A stretch of DNA of 64,000 nt, from the NCBI GenBank assembly GCA_003818605.1, contig RPQS01000023.1, positions 321-64,320 on the forward strand. Direction: 5' to 3'. Each line of letters opens with the position of its first letter. Within the stretch, counting starts at the first letter, position 1. A model generated the notes under the pieces. It saw only the letters and a list, made by a program, of their open reading frames with translations. It was not told where the DNA came from and searched no databases. Both the position numbers and the translations under genes were made by a program. The stretch comes from Candidatus Zhuqueibacterota bacterium. GTDB taxonomy: Bacteria; Electryoneota; RPQS01. Below, one piece after another: positions 38,194 to 47,824 of the stretch.

Positions 38194-40047
38194 TCAGTTG
38201 GATACGAAGAAAGCTACATCTTCAACGGCAAATGTCTTGACGAGGGTTGACCGATCAAGATATTTGTTTCCGTGCTCGCATGAGGTTTCCGGGGAAAACA
38301 AACATCCGTGACACGCCGCGCCGTGAAGAGTCGCATGTTCGTCATATGGCTTGTGCTCCGAGCATAAGGGATCAGAGGCACACAAACGTGCCCGTTCTAA
38401 AGCTTGGAGCACGTGATAGCTCAATTTCTCTGGATCGCCTAAACTAACCAATCCACCCAATGTGCCTTCACTATCCGGAGCCGCAGTGTACAGAAGAAGC
38501 CCAGCCATCGGGCCTCCTGGCAAGTCGACTTCTCGGGAGTAAATGCGCTCTCGTACGCTTGCCGCTGCGTACCCGCTGTCCGTTGCTAGCTGACGGAGCA
38601 CAGCATGTGCGAACGAGTGCAGTAACACGTAACGCAAACCTCGGAATCCCTGCTCGACCGGTGTCAGCTTATGCGCAAATCGCCAAGCCTTATGTGCTTC
38701 AAAGAATTCATGCTCCCTCTTAGCCACAGGTGTTCGTTTGCGCCAACTCTGAATAGCACTTTCCTCAAACTGTATGAAAAGTCCTTCCCCAAATACTTCT
38801 GTTGTTGGAATCCATACGGGAGGTTTGCGTGATAGTGGTGAATAGTCAGCGTTGCTGATTTCCATAAACTCGTCAAACTCGCCGGGCGACTCGACTCGTG
38901 TGAAGCCGATTAGGCTGCGAACTTCCCGCAGTCGTTCTACAAGTACAACTCTTGCAATGATCTCACGGAAATGCTTCGGAACGTCCACTGTTCTTAGCGA
39001 GAAATCTGAAGTATTGCTGATGACTTTCAATCCTGAAAGCACGGACCATTCCGGAAGCTTGAGATCCTTTCCATCCTCGCTAGTACCAACTGGCTTTTCC
39101 GATCTTCGTGCTTCGATTCGGACGAAGATTTCTTCGTCCTTGTAACCTGCAAAATCGGGCAAGTTACCTACTTTTCGAAATGCTCGAAGCACATCAATTG
39201 TCACTGCTTCCGCAAGGACTGACCAGTTCTTATCCACTAGCTGTGAAAGACGGTCCGTCGATTGAGGTATAGAAAGTGCGGATAGGGTAACAGGAAACCA
39301 ACTGTTTGAGGCACCAAGAAGTATCGTCTTGACCGATTCCTCGCACTCCTTATCATCAGTGCGTTTGATGTGGGGATGCCATCCTCTACATTTGGGAAGA
39401 TGCTTCGGCGCATCGGCACCAAATGCATCACCCATTCGGCGTTCTTCTTTGCAAGTCTCGCACCGCACGATAATGTCGGATGCTTCACCCGAAACACCAA
39501 ACTCGAACATCTTCAGAATGATCGGCCGACAGTTGCACGGTCCCTTATGGACATATTCTACCCACGGAAAGTCATCTAAGTGGCCATTACTGCACGCCAA
39601 TAAAAAGCGTACAGGGATCACCGGAGGTGGTCGGTCTGCTTTCTCGCAATGCGTATGTACAACCCGAGTTCTGTCGGGATAGAACGGCTGCTTCTGAATT
39701 TCAAACAGCCCCGAACTGATCGGTGCCAGAAGACTGCATTGTGGACAACGAGCCCAGCGTGGAAACGGGACTACAGGGACACCTGCCGTCACGGTGTTGT
39801 ATTGATTGAATCCCTTTTCATCGTCCTTTGAATCATAAGGTGGATGTCTAAGTGCTTCTATCTGAGATCCAAGTTGTTGCCGCACAGCCTGAAGAAGACG
39901 CTCTTCAGAGATTACTCTGGCGTACGAAATGTCCCAATCATCAAGTCCCATTACCAACACGGAAAAGTTCGGCAAATCAAGAAGGGAGCCAACTCCATAT
40001 GTGTACAGAAGCTGACTGGGACGAATATCACCAAGTTTCGTCTTCAT
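38194..40047 (-). CDS. drmB: DISARM DrmB (DUF1998 protein)
   Basis: C-terminal HGAACHGCLFSPETSCEHGNKYLDR zinc-ribbon signature of DUF1998. A 4-nt start/stop overlap with the upstream helicase indicates translational coupling. Confidence 0.85.
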   Translation of the reverse strand: MKTKLGDIRPSQLLYTYGVGSLLDLPNFSVLVMGLDDWDISYARVISEERLLQAVRQQLGSQIEALRHPPYDSKDDEKGFNQYNTVTAGVPVVPFPRWARCPQCSLLAPISSGLFEIQKQPFYPDRTRVVHTHCEKADRPPPVIPVRFLLACSNGHLDDFPWVEYVHKGPCNCRPIILKMFEFGVSGEASDIIVRCETCKEERRMGDAFGADAPKHLPKCRGWHPHIKRTDDKECEESVKTILLGASNSWFPVTLSALSIPQSTDRLSQLVDKNWSVLAEAVTIDVLRAFRKVGNLPDFAGYKDEEIFVRIEARRSEKPVGTSEDGKDLKLPEWSVLSGLKVISNTSDFSLRTVDVPKHFREIIARVVLVERLREVRSLIGFTRVESPGEFDEFMEISNADYSPLSRKPPVWIPTTEVFGEGLFIQFEESAIQSWRKRTPVAKREHEFFEAHKAWRFAHKLTPVEQGFRGLRYVLLHSFAHAVLRQLATDSGYAAASVRERIYSREVDLPGGPMAGLLLYTAAPDSEGTLGGLVSLGDPEKLSYHVLQALERARLCASDPLCSEHKPYDEHATLHGAACHGCLFSPETSCEHGNKYLDRSTLVKTFAVEDVAFFVSN

Positions 40048-43000
40048 GAATTCGCTCCCTGATTTGCTTGCGTGCCATTGCCAGATAGAGCAGTATCCAG
40101 GCCGTCCTCGTTTCCCAAAACAAGGTTAATGGAATGTTCAACATCACGCAGGGAGTTCAAGCATGTAAAGGTTCTCCAAGGACCGTCGCCGGCTTGGGAA
40201 AGCAGACCTTTACTGGGTTGAGATGACGCCGCTCGATAGGCCAAGAAGTAATGCCGTGCGTCTTGAATTTCTCGTAACCAGACATCTCTTCGTTCTGCGA
40301 GCATTGCCTTGACTTCTGCTGCCCGATCATTAGCGCCTTCAACATTCAATACCCGATCAGTGATAGCGGCGATAGCGGCATCCATCAATTCATCGTCTCT
40401 CTTCAGTTCACGAGCAGTAATATTGTGATTGAGCCGCTCAGAGGCTAAACGAATAAGAGAGACCATCAGCGCTGAAAGCCCTCGATCCAGAGCTCTGGGC
40501 GCAAATGGAGTGACTGACAGCACCTCAACATGTTGATAGAATGTCGAATGGTAATGCTCAAACTGCTCGAAATGCGATAAGTCGCGTGGTCGTGCCCAGT
40601 TATAGATTGTACATACGAGTCCAGGAAATTTTCTTCCAACGCGGCTTGTCGACTGAATATACTCAGCCGTCGTTTTAGGTTGTCCAAAGACCGCCATCAA
40701 GCCAAGCCGGTCCACGTCAACTCCGACCGAAATCATGTTGGTTGCGATCAGTACATCGAGTGGTAACGGGCGCGCAGATCTTTGCCCAAGTGCAGCCTTT
40801 CGCTCGGCCTCTGCTGCCTTGCTGAAGACGACATCCAAACGATCTAAGATCTTAGGTATATCAGCCGCACTCTTTCGCGATGTAAGTTCTTCGAGAATTG
40901 GTCGCCGTGCACGATTAGCCAAGCCACGCGAACTTGTGTCGCGCAATCGCGTGCTTACCTCGTCCTCGACCAGTCTTCGAGCACCTCCCAGTTCTCGAAT
41001 CGCATTAAAATAACCGACGAGTGTCATCCATGGATCAGCCAGCGTGTCGTACTTGTCGTAGAGAAGCTGTGCTGCAGCCAGAGATGCCACATACACGCGG
41101 ATCAAGGCAGCGGGATTGCTTTTACCTTGTGCGCAGATGCCAAGGTACTTGCGTCCTGGATATTCCGCACTTGGAGTCCGCTGTATTGCAAAGAAGTTAT
41201 CTGTAATGTCCGTCCCATGGGGTGGAAAGACTTCCAGCTTTCGTTGATAGAGCTTGAAGACTTGTTCTTGAGCGCGCCTGATGGTTGCCGTTGAAGCAAT
41301 GACTTTAGGCCTGACTTTCTTTCCGTCAATTTCCCATGATGCCAATGCATCAATAGCCGTTTCATAAAGCCCAACGAGCGATCCGAGCGGCCCATTGATC
41401 AGATGCAACTCGTCCTGAATGATTAGATCTGGTGGCCGCAGCAGAGGATGAGCTACCGACTGAACGGCTGGAAGTCCTCGATAGGCATTGTGTGAATCAG
41501 CGTCTTCAATTTCAGGAGAACGAAATCCATGTCGTGGACAGTATTTTGTGACCTGTCCGAACAACATTTGCACCTGTCCCTTCCACGGCATCTGGGCAAA
41601 CTTGTCAACGGTGGAGATGAGCAGGGCAGGCGGATGACGATAGATTTCCTCATCTACTACTAATGCTGGAATCCCTTCGTTTGGCGATTGTTTTGCCCCA
41701 AACGGACACTCACCAAGTTCGTCTCCGCAGTAGATGAACGTTCGCCACGGCGTCCCCGGTCCGACATTCACAGTAATGTGTCTGCCCGGATCAATTGTCC
41801 TCCCACACCATGGACAAGAGGTCAGTTGCGCCGGTGTCCCACTTTGGCCATAACCAGCGTCGCGCACCTGCTGAATGGCTTCTTGGGATTGTGCTGTTGT
41901 ATTGGGTGTAGATTTCATGCCCACCCACAGTCCAATGCGAAAAGGCTCCTTTCCCCACTTCTTCGGATCTTCTCGGCGAATCACCTCGCAAGCGCACATT
42001 AAAGTTGCAGCGCGTTGAAATTGTTGCAGGGTTAACAGCCGCAGCGTGTATCTCATCAATACGGCGACGCCAAACTCGCCTGGCCGTCCTGCAACAACTC
42101 CCTGAAGTCGTCTCATCGCTATCGTATAAGCGGTCAGTCCCAAGTATGCTTCGGTCTTACCACCACCTGTCGGGAACCATAGTAGATCCGCTGTAGCATC
42201 CGTGGGATGTGTGCGGTCTTCATGATGCAGATCCGTAACGCTCGGCAAGTTCAACAGGATGAATGCGAGCTGAAACGGATACCAACTTCGGTTTGCCGGT
42301 ATGTCAAGATCGGAAAGGTCTGGCTTTTGTCCTTTGCGTACTTCTTTGACGAAACGTGATCGCACGCGCTGTTGCCACATGGCTCGATTGGCAAACCGAA
42401 AGGCATCAGCTGCTTGAGGGTTTGATTCCAAGAGCGCGATACCTGCGCGGATTCTCGCCAATGTTCCTGTACATTTCTTAAGTGCCTCATTCGCGGCCAT
42501 TGCATGCTTCTGCAGGTCTTCTGCCGGATCATCAATCTTCTTGCGGTGTTGTTCAATCCACTCGGCATAAGCATCCGGCAGCGCCTTCAGGTAGCGTGGC
42601 AAATCCGCATCTGAGGCCTCCGACAGCAGTTTCATATCCAGAACCAGCGACGCCAGCGCCGGAATGTCTTTGGCCGTGGGTGGTGTGGTTTGTGGAATCT
42701 CCTGCGTGGGAATGGTGCGAGTTTCCAGTCTCACTGCCCGTTCATAGTCATCGGGTGATACGACCGCATGGACGGAGGTTCCGTGGCCGACGGCGAATTC
42801 AAGCCGCCGCCGATAGAGCATCGTCATGGCGTCTGTCTCCATCACCACCAGCGGATCAACTTGGTCGGAGGTGCGGCTATTCTTGACCCGCTTACGAAAT
42901 ACTGCCTGACCATCGGTTGATTCGACGATTATCTCCGGTTGAAGCAACCATGCTTCATCCTGCCTGACCTTTGGCTCCTGCTTTCCGTTCACCAGAAACA

Positions 43001-43577
43001 GTGTGACAATCCATTCATCCTGACTTTTTCTGATCCGCCCTTTGACCGATACATCCGGGTGTTCTTCATGCGGGTTCCACGGCACAAACTGACCCTCGCG
43101 CATCATCAGCTTGTCCGTCACGCCTTCAATCTGCTCACGTTTCCATACACGCAGCAAAGTTCCATCGGGTCTCTTAAGAGTTTCGCTGTCAGCTCTGGTG
43201 TACTGCCCCCAGCGCACGGTCAGCTTCAACGCTTTGGCTGCACCATCCACGGAAAAGGTCATGCCCATGGATGACGGCCGGAAGGTCTTGGTGGGTAGCG
43301 GAAACAGCTCGGCCTTACCATCCTCGGCGCTATCTGTGCCGGCTTGGCCCACTTCATCCAATTCTTCGGGGGCAATCTCCTGCTTGCGCGGGGCCAGCAT
43401 GCCCACCAGATAGCGTTCCCGCACACGGTCTTCGGCCACTTCCTCTTCTTCGCCACCTGCCGGGCCGAGCAGATCCTTCTTGATCAGCTCTTCTAACATA
43501 TCGCGTATTTCGGCTTGCGAAGGGGGCGGGGTTGCCACGGGTTCTGTCATAGCAGGAGTGGAATTGGATTCGGTCAT
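40044..43577 (-). CDS. drmA: DISARM DrmA (DEAD/DEAH-box superfamily 2 helicase)
   Basis: FPTGGGKTEAYLG (motif I), IIQDELHLI (motif II), IATNMISVGVDVDRL and QSTSRVGR (motif VI). Confidence 0.85.
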   Translation of the reverse strand: MTESNSTPAMTEPVATPPPSQAEIRDMLEELIKKDLLGPAGGEEEEVAEDRVRERYLVGMLAPRKQEIAPEELDEVGQAGTDSAEDGKAELFPLPTKTFRPSSMGMTFSVDGAAKALKLTVRWGQYTRADSETLKRPDGTLLRVWKREQIEGVTDKLMMREGQFVPWNPHEEHPDVSVKGRIRKSQDEWIVTLFLVNGKQEPKVRQDEAWLLQPEIIVESTDGQAVFRKRVKNSRTSDQVDPLVVMETDAMTMLYRRRLEFAVGHGTSVHAVVSPDDYERAVRLETRTIPTQEIPQTTPPTAKDIPALASLVLDMKLLSEASDADLPRYLKALPDAYAEWIEQHRKKIDDPAEDLQKHAMAANEALKKCTGTLARIRAGIALLESNPQAADAFRFANRAMWQQRVRSRFVKEVRKGQKPDLSDLDIPANRSWYPFQLAFILLNLPSVTDLHHEDRTHPTDATADLLWFPTGGGKTEAYLGLTAYTIAMRRLQGVVAGRPGEFGVAVLMRYTLRLLTLQQFQRAATLMCACEVIRREDPKKWGKEPFRIGLWVGMKSTPNTTAQSQEAIQQVRDAGYGQSGTPAQLTSCPWCGRTIDPGRHITVNVGPGTPWRTFIYCGDELGECPFGAKQSPNEGIPALVVDEEIYRHPPALLISTVDKFAQMPWKGQVQMLFGQVTKYCPRHGFRSPEIEDADSHNAYRGLPAVQSVAHPLLRPPDLIIQDELHLINGPLGSLVGLYETAIDALASWEIDGKKVRPKVIASTATIRRAQEQVFKLYQRKLEVFPPHGTDITDNFFAIQRTPSAEYPGRKYLGICAQGKSNPAALIRVYVASLAAAQLLYDKYDTLADPWMTLVGYFNAIRELGGARRLVEDEVSTRLRDTSSRGLANRARRPILEELTSRKSAADIPKILDRLDVVFSKAAEAERKAALGQRSARPLPLDVLIATNMISVGVDVDRLGLMAVFGQPKTTAEYIQSTSRVGRKFPGLVCTIYNWARPRDLSHFEQFEHYHSTFYQHVEVLSVTPFAPRALDRGLSALMVSLIRLASERLNHNITARELKRDDELMDAAIAAITDRVLNVEGANDRAAEVKAMLAERRDVWLREIQDARHYFLAYRAASSQPSKGLLSQAGDGPWRTFTCLNSLRDVEHSINLVLGNEDGLDTALSGNGTQANQGANS

Positions 43578-43594
43578 GGCGGATATTATTTCCG

Positions 43595-46500
43595 TTAGGT
43601 GTTTTCGTTATCGAGTATGTCAGGCTGATTGGCAACCTTGGCCTTGGCGGCTCTCTTGCTCGGCTTCTTCTTGCCCACATCCCACAGGCCCTGCGCGACC
43701 TCTTCAGCATGCCGTTCATGATTGAGCTTGAGCAACCGATCCAACACTTCGCGGCGAGCCTTCTCGCTGATTGTGAAGCGAACGCCTTGCTTCGTGGCAT
43801 GGAAACCATGTTCGAGCTGCAAGTCGCTCCAGCCGTAGGTTTGCGCTACGGCCTTGTCCATCTCAATTTGAAGCTCGCGAAGTTGTTGGATGTCCCCAGC
43901 CTTTTCGTCTCGATCATGAAAGCGATTATAAGTACCTGTTAGGCCCTCGCTCCGTTCTTTCATGATTGCCGTGCGGTAGTTGTGATACCGCGATCCGATG
44001 TCATCGATCTCTTTCGTTGACTTTGGGAGTGGGTAAGTCTCAAAACAATCAGATGGAGTGTACCGACCGCGAGTTTCAAGGCTGGACTGGTATGATACTA
44101 CCCATACTTGGTGAATCGAAGACTGAAGAAGTGCGAAGAAATTAAAGGTGTCAAAAGCGAATACACCGACGGCATGACTGAACACGATATCGGGACAATG
44201 AGCAACGACAATGAAGTGTTTACTTGTAAGTGCGGTGACAAACACCCGCGACATTCCGGAGACGGCCTCATAAAGGTTCGGTGCAGTTCGATGATAACGC
44301 CACCACTTAGCACTATTCTCTTGTGAGTCGACATCGCTGTGACTAACTGTTCCTGCCTCATATTTGGTTCGGACAATCCGAAGACAATCTGGAAAGTCCT
44401 CAGCAACTGGACCTGGATAGTCAGACGGGACAAATCCGTTTCGCAGCCAAGCAGTCCTCTGCCTTTCATCCGCTTCTGACCAGCTTCCTTCAAACGCTCG
44501 TGACAATGGCCAATCATGAAAATTGGCAATCCAACGGCTGGGTGACTGGTCGGGTCGTGATGTCAAATCCTCACCGTTTAAGAAACGATACACGACTTTG
44601 TGATTCTCCTCGCTCATAGTGAATAGCAAACGGGCTTCATCTTCGGAGAGTAGGAAGTGCTTGCCATGAACAGTCGATCCAATGAATGCTCGTCGTTCGT
44701 TAGCTTTGAGTCGTAATGGCATACCCAGTACTTTACCAGGAGTTCGCAGAAACGAAGTAATTCCAGAAACTCCTTTGTTCTCCAATACAAACTCTCCTGC
44801 CCACCGTCCTTTGCATATCCAGACGCAGGCAATCTCCAATGCTGCGGTGCCAGGCCACGGTCGGCTCGGGATGGCACGTATAATTGAACAATTACTCAAT
44901 ACGAGTTGATCCAGGCCGACTTCACGTGTTGTTACCTGCGAGATTGAATTACTTGCCAGCATTCCAATTATACCGTCTATCGCGACCAATAGGCTTGCAC
45001 GTAAATAGAAATAGGCGAACAAATCTGCGCTACCTCTTCGATCGTTTGCGATGTGACAGACCATATGCTCCCGGTAGTCAATGCCAAGTTGCCCGGTAAT
45101 ATGTTGTCCGCCAGAGAATGGCGGATTACTCAGAATGGTGTCAAATCCAATCCTGCCATTTGCAAACACTTCCGGGAATTCTACAGCCCAGTGGAACGTA
45201 CGTCTCGGCTGCAATTGACCTGCGGCAATTCTCGGCTCACTGGAGTTCAGTGCATCATAAACCAGCTCTTCGAGTTCCGCCAGCAGAAGCACTCGATCAT
45301 CATCCGATGTCTTCTCTGACAACACTCGTCCAGCCTTCTCTAACCAATCCTGTACCAACGAGTTATAATTGCCCTCTCGCTGCCCTGCGGTCTTGAAGGC
45401 CGCCGCAATCACCAAATCCGCTAACAAGCGAACCTGATCCGTAGCAATATCTGCTTCCCGAAGCAACCGTTCCTTTTCAGCTGTATCCGTTACACCTTCC
45501 GTGGCCATGTCTTCCAGCTTCTTGCGGAACTCGGCTGCCTTTTGTAAGGCCGCATGAATGGCTGTTGTATAGAACCCGGCAAGATGTTCGGCGTGCAGTT
45601 CCTTGCCACGATCCGGATTGATGTGGAAGTTCTCTACCTGCCGTGGATCGGTTACACCTAAGAGAGAGTCGCCACACTTTAGCGAGTGATCGAGAAACTC
45701 AAACGGCCTGCCCTTGGCCAATGTGATCAACCACAGCGAAAGCTTGGCCATTTCTACAGCCATGGGATTCTTGTCCACACCATACAAGCATCGATCGGCA
45801 ATAATTCGCCGGGCAATAGTCAGAGCTTCGTCTTCATTGTCCAAGGGAATGACCCGCTCTTCCGGTCTCCCTTCTGATGGATCGCCAAACGGCGTGACAA
45901 TAGGCCTTGTTCCGGCCTCCTTCTTCGCCTTCCCCCACGCTTCCAACAGAAGTTCGCTCAAGTAGCGACACGCCTGCACCAAGAACGCCCCCGACCCCAT
46001 GGCAAAGTCGCATATCTTGAGTGCCAACAGTTCCCGCGCCGACTTCAGATTCCACTCTTCACGCGGCTTGCCATCCGCCGGACCTTCATACACCAGCGGT
46101 TCCAAGGCATATTTCACAATTTCTTCGGTGAGCGTACGTGGCGTATAATGCGTACCGGTCGTGCGCCGATCGCTGCCCTGTGTTACGTATACGCTGCCCG
46201 GAACGATCACCGTTGGATAGCCCTGTGTGTCTTCACGAAGCAAAGCCGCATAAGGCCGTACGCGTTCCACAAGCGCTTGATCATTCTCACAAGCGACGAG
46301 CAATCGCTGGTCATCCAAGAGAGGAGGATTGGTCAGCGCGCGCTTGATGGCAGGCGCACTTCGTCCCGTCAGATCATGCAGATAATCTGCCAGATCATCT
46401 ATGCCGCGCTGGTGCAGCCTTTCCAGTTCTTCTAATGGAATCTCTTCTTCCTTGCCACGCGTTCCGGTCAATCCTAACACCGGACTTGCCGCCCGGACAG

Positions 46501-47824
46501 CAGTGTGATCGAGCAGTCCCTCATACACATGTCCGATTTGCTCAATGTCCAAAGCACGAAACGACAGGCGACGCGCTTCTTTCGGCCCACCGCCCGGCAT
46601 GGGCATCTGCAGGATTTGAAGCGCTTCCAGAAGATGAAGCACGGTGCGATTGTTGATTGGCAGCGGGACTGACTGCGTATCTTTCCACGAGGTTCCCTTG
46701 GGACGTCCTTCAAGAAACGGATAGCGATCCGGACTGAACAGCTTGCCACCGTAAGCAGGCAACCTCATGCGGTCGTGATCAATCCCCCCGTATACTGCCC
46801 GGAATGTGGCCAGCAGCCTGCACCACGCGTCAAGCCGCCTCTCTAACACTTCCTCGCCATGCTGATCCGCTTCTTCACGCAATTGTGCGCGGAGCGTGGA
46901 TACGGCGTAGTATAGATCGTAGAGCGGATCACCCAACAGCAATAAACCGCGCTCTTCCGCCGAAAACAGGAACACCAGCCGCATCATCACGGTCAATGCG
47001 GCATCATAAACCTCTTGCTCGGTGATGCCCTCAAGAAGTCCGCCTTTGCGATCCTTGTTTGAACGGTCAACGGCCTGCACCAACACTTCTACGGCTTTGC
47101 GAACCTGATTGCCGAGCTGTTCGGTAACTTCCTGCTGGTTTTGTGCACTCTCCGTGAACAGCGCCTCAAGCGTCTCGTTGTCAGCCACACCAAACAACCG
47201 TCGCTTGCAGAGCAAGCTGCGAAATGCGCGCAGGGTGATCTGCTCTTCAAACCAAAGTGCCGCGTACCAAGAGGTGAAGGTAGTCGTCTCACCCTTCAGT
47301 GCGTGAACAAGCATCCAGTGTTCGCCGTTAGTCACGATGCCAAGACGAACGCCCGTACCATACAGTAGCTCCATCATCCGCGTCGCCGGAGACGCTTTCC
47401 AGTCCTTACCGGGCACGATCTTGTCGAGCCCTTGCGAGACTGGATAGACTTGAATCAGGACACGCGGCTTCTGATCGGAGGGATTTGTCAGGACTATATC
47501 AGGACAGAGTGTTTCGCGTTGCTCAGAAACACGGACCTTCAGGTCATCGGGTATCTTATCCCGTGCCAGCAGAAGTTCGGATGGATATTCCAGGGTTTCC
47601 TGAAGTACATAATCAATCCATTCCTGATGGATCTTAGGATCTGCCTTAACGCCCCCTTGATTATCCTGCCACTCTTCGTAGGCATTTCGAAGGATCTTGT
47701 AGGGATCGGGTTCATGAGCATCAAGCCCTTGCGGGAACACACGCATGAGCACCGGCATAGACATGAACGGTCCGGAGACTTCTACCAACGAAAGCCAGTC
47801 TGCATGGTGTCTTGCAATGGACAT
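43595..47824 (-). CDS. drmMI: DISARM DrmMI (large N6-adenine DNA methyltransferase, Eco57I/type IIG-like)
   Basis: DFAMGSGAFL (SAM-binding motif I) and ILSNPPFSGG (NPPF catalytic motif IV); 1409 aa. Confidence 0.85.
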   Translation of the reverse strand: MSIARHHADWLSLVEVSGPFMSMPVLMRVFPQGLDAHEPDPYKILRNAYEEWQDNQGGVKADPKIHQEWIDYVLQETLEYPSELLLARDKIPDDLKVRVSEQRETLCPDIVLTNPSDQKPRVLIQVYPVSQGLDKIVPGKDWKASPATRMMELLYGTGVRLGIVTNGEHWMLVHALKGETTTFTSWYAALWFEEQITLRAFRSLLCKRRLFGVADNETLEALFTESAQNQQEVTEQLGNQVRKAVEVLVQAVDRSNKDRKGGLLEGITEQEVYDAALTVMMRLVFLFSAEERGLLLLGDPLYDLYYAVSTLRAQLREEADQHGEEVLERRLDAWCRLLATFRAVYGGIDHDRMRLPAYGGKLFSPDRYPFLEGRPKGTSWKDTQSVPLPINNRTVLHLLEALQILQMPMPGGGPKEARRLSFRALDIEQIGHVYEGLLDHTAVRAASPVLGLTGTRGKEEEIPLEELERLHQRGIDDLADYLHDLTGRSAPAIKRALTNPPLLDDQRLLVACENDQALVERVRPYAALLREDTQGYPTVIVPGSVYVTQGSDRRTTGTHYTPRTLTEEIVKYALEPLVYEGPADGKPREEWNLKSARELLALKICDFAMGSGAFLVQACRYLSELLLEAWGKAKKEAGTRPIVTPFGDPSEGRPEERVIPLDNEDEALTIARRIIADRCLYGVDKNPMAVEMAKLSLWLITLAKGRPFEFLDHSLKCGDSLLGVTDPRQVENFHINPDRGKELHAEHLAGFYTTAIHAALQKAAEFRKKLEDMATEGVTDTAEKERLLREADIATDQVRLLADLVIAAAFKTAGQREGNYNSLVQDWLEKAGRVLSEKTSDDDRVLLLAELEELVYDALNSSEPRIAAGQLQPRRTFHWAVEFPEVFANGRIGFDTILSNPPFSGGQHITGQLGIDYREHMVCHIANDRRGSADLFAYFYLRASLLVAIDGIIGMLASNSISQVTTREVGLDQLVLSNCSIIRAIPSRPWPGTAALEIACVWICKGRWAGEFVLENKGVSGITSFLRTPGKVLGMPLRLKANERRAFIGSTVHGKHFLLSEDEARLLFTMSEENHKVVYRFLNGEDLTSRPDQSPSRWIANFHDWPLSRAFEGSWSEADERQRTAWLRNGFVPSDYPGPVAEDFPDCLRIVRTKYEAGTVSHSDVDSQENSAKWWRYHRTAPNLYEAVSGMSRVFVTALTSKHFIVVAHCPDIVFSHAVGVFAFDTFNFFALLQSSIHQVWVVSYQSSLETRGRYTPSDCFETYPLPKSTKEIDDIGSRYHNYRTAIMKERSEGLTGTYNRFHDRDEKAGDIQQLRELQIEMDKAVAQTYGWSDLQLEHGFHATKQGVRFTISEKARREVLDRLLKLNHERHAEEVAQGLWDVGKKKPSKRAAKAKVANQPDILDNENT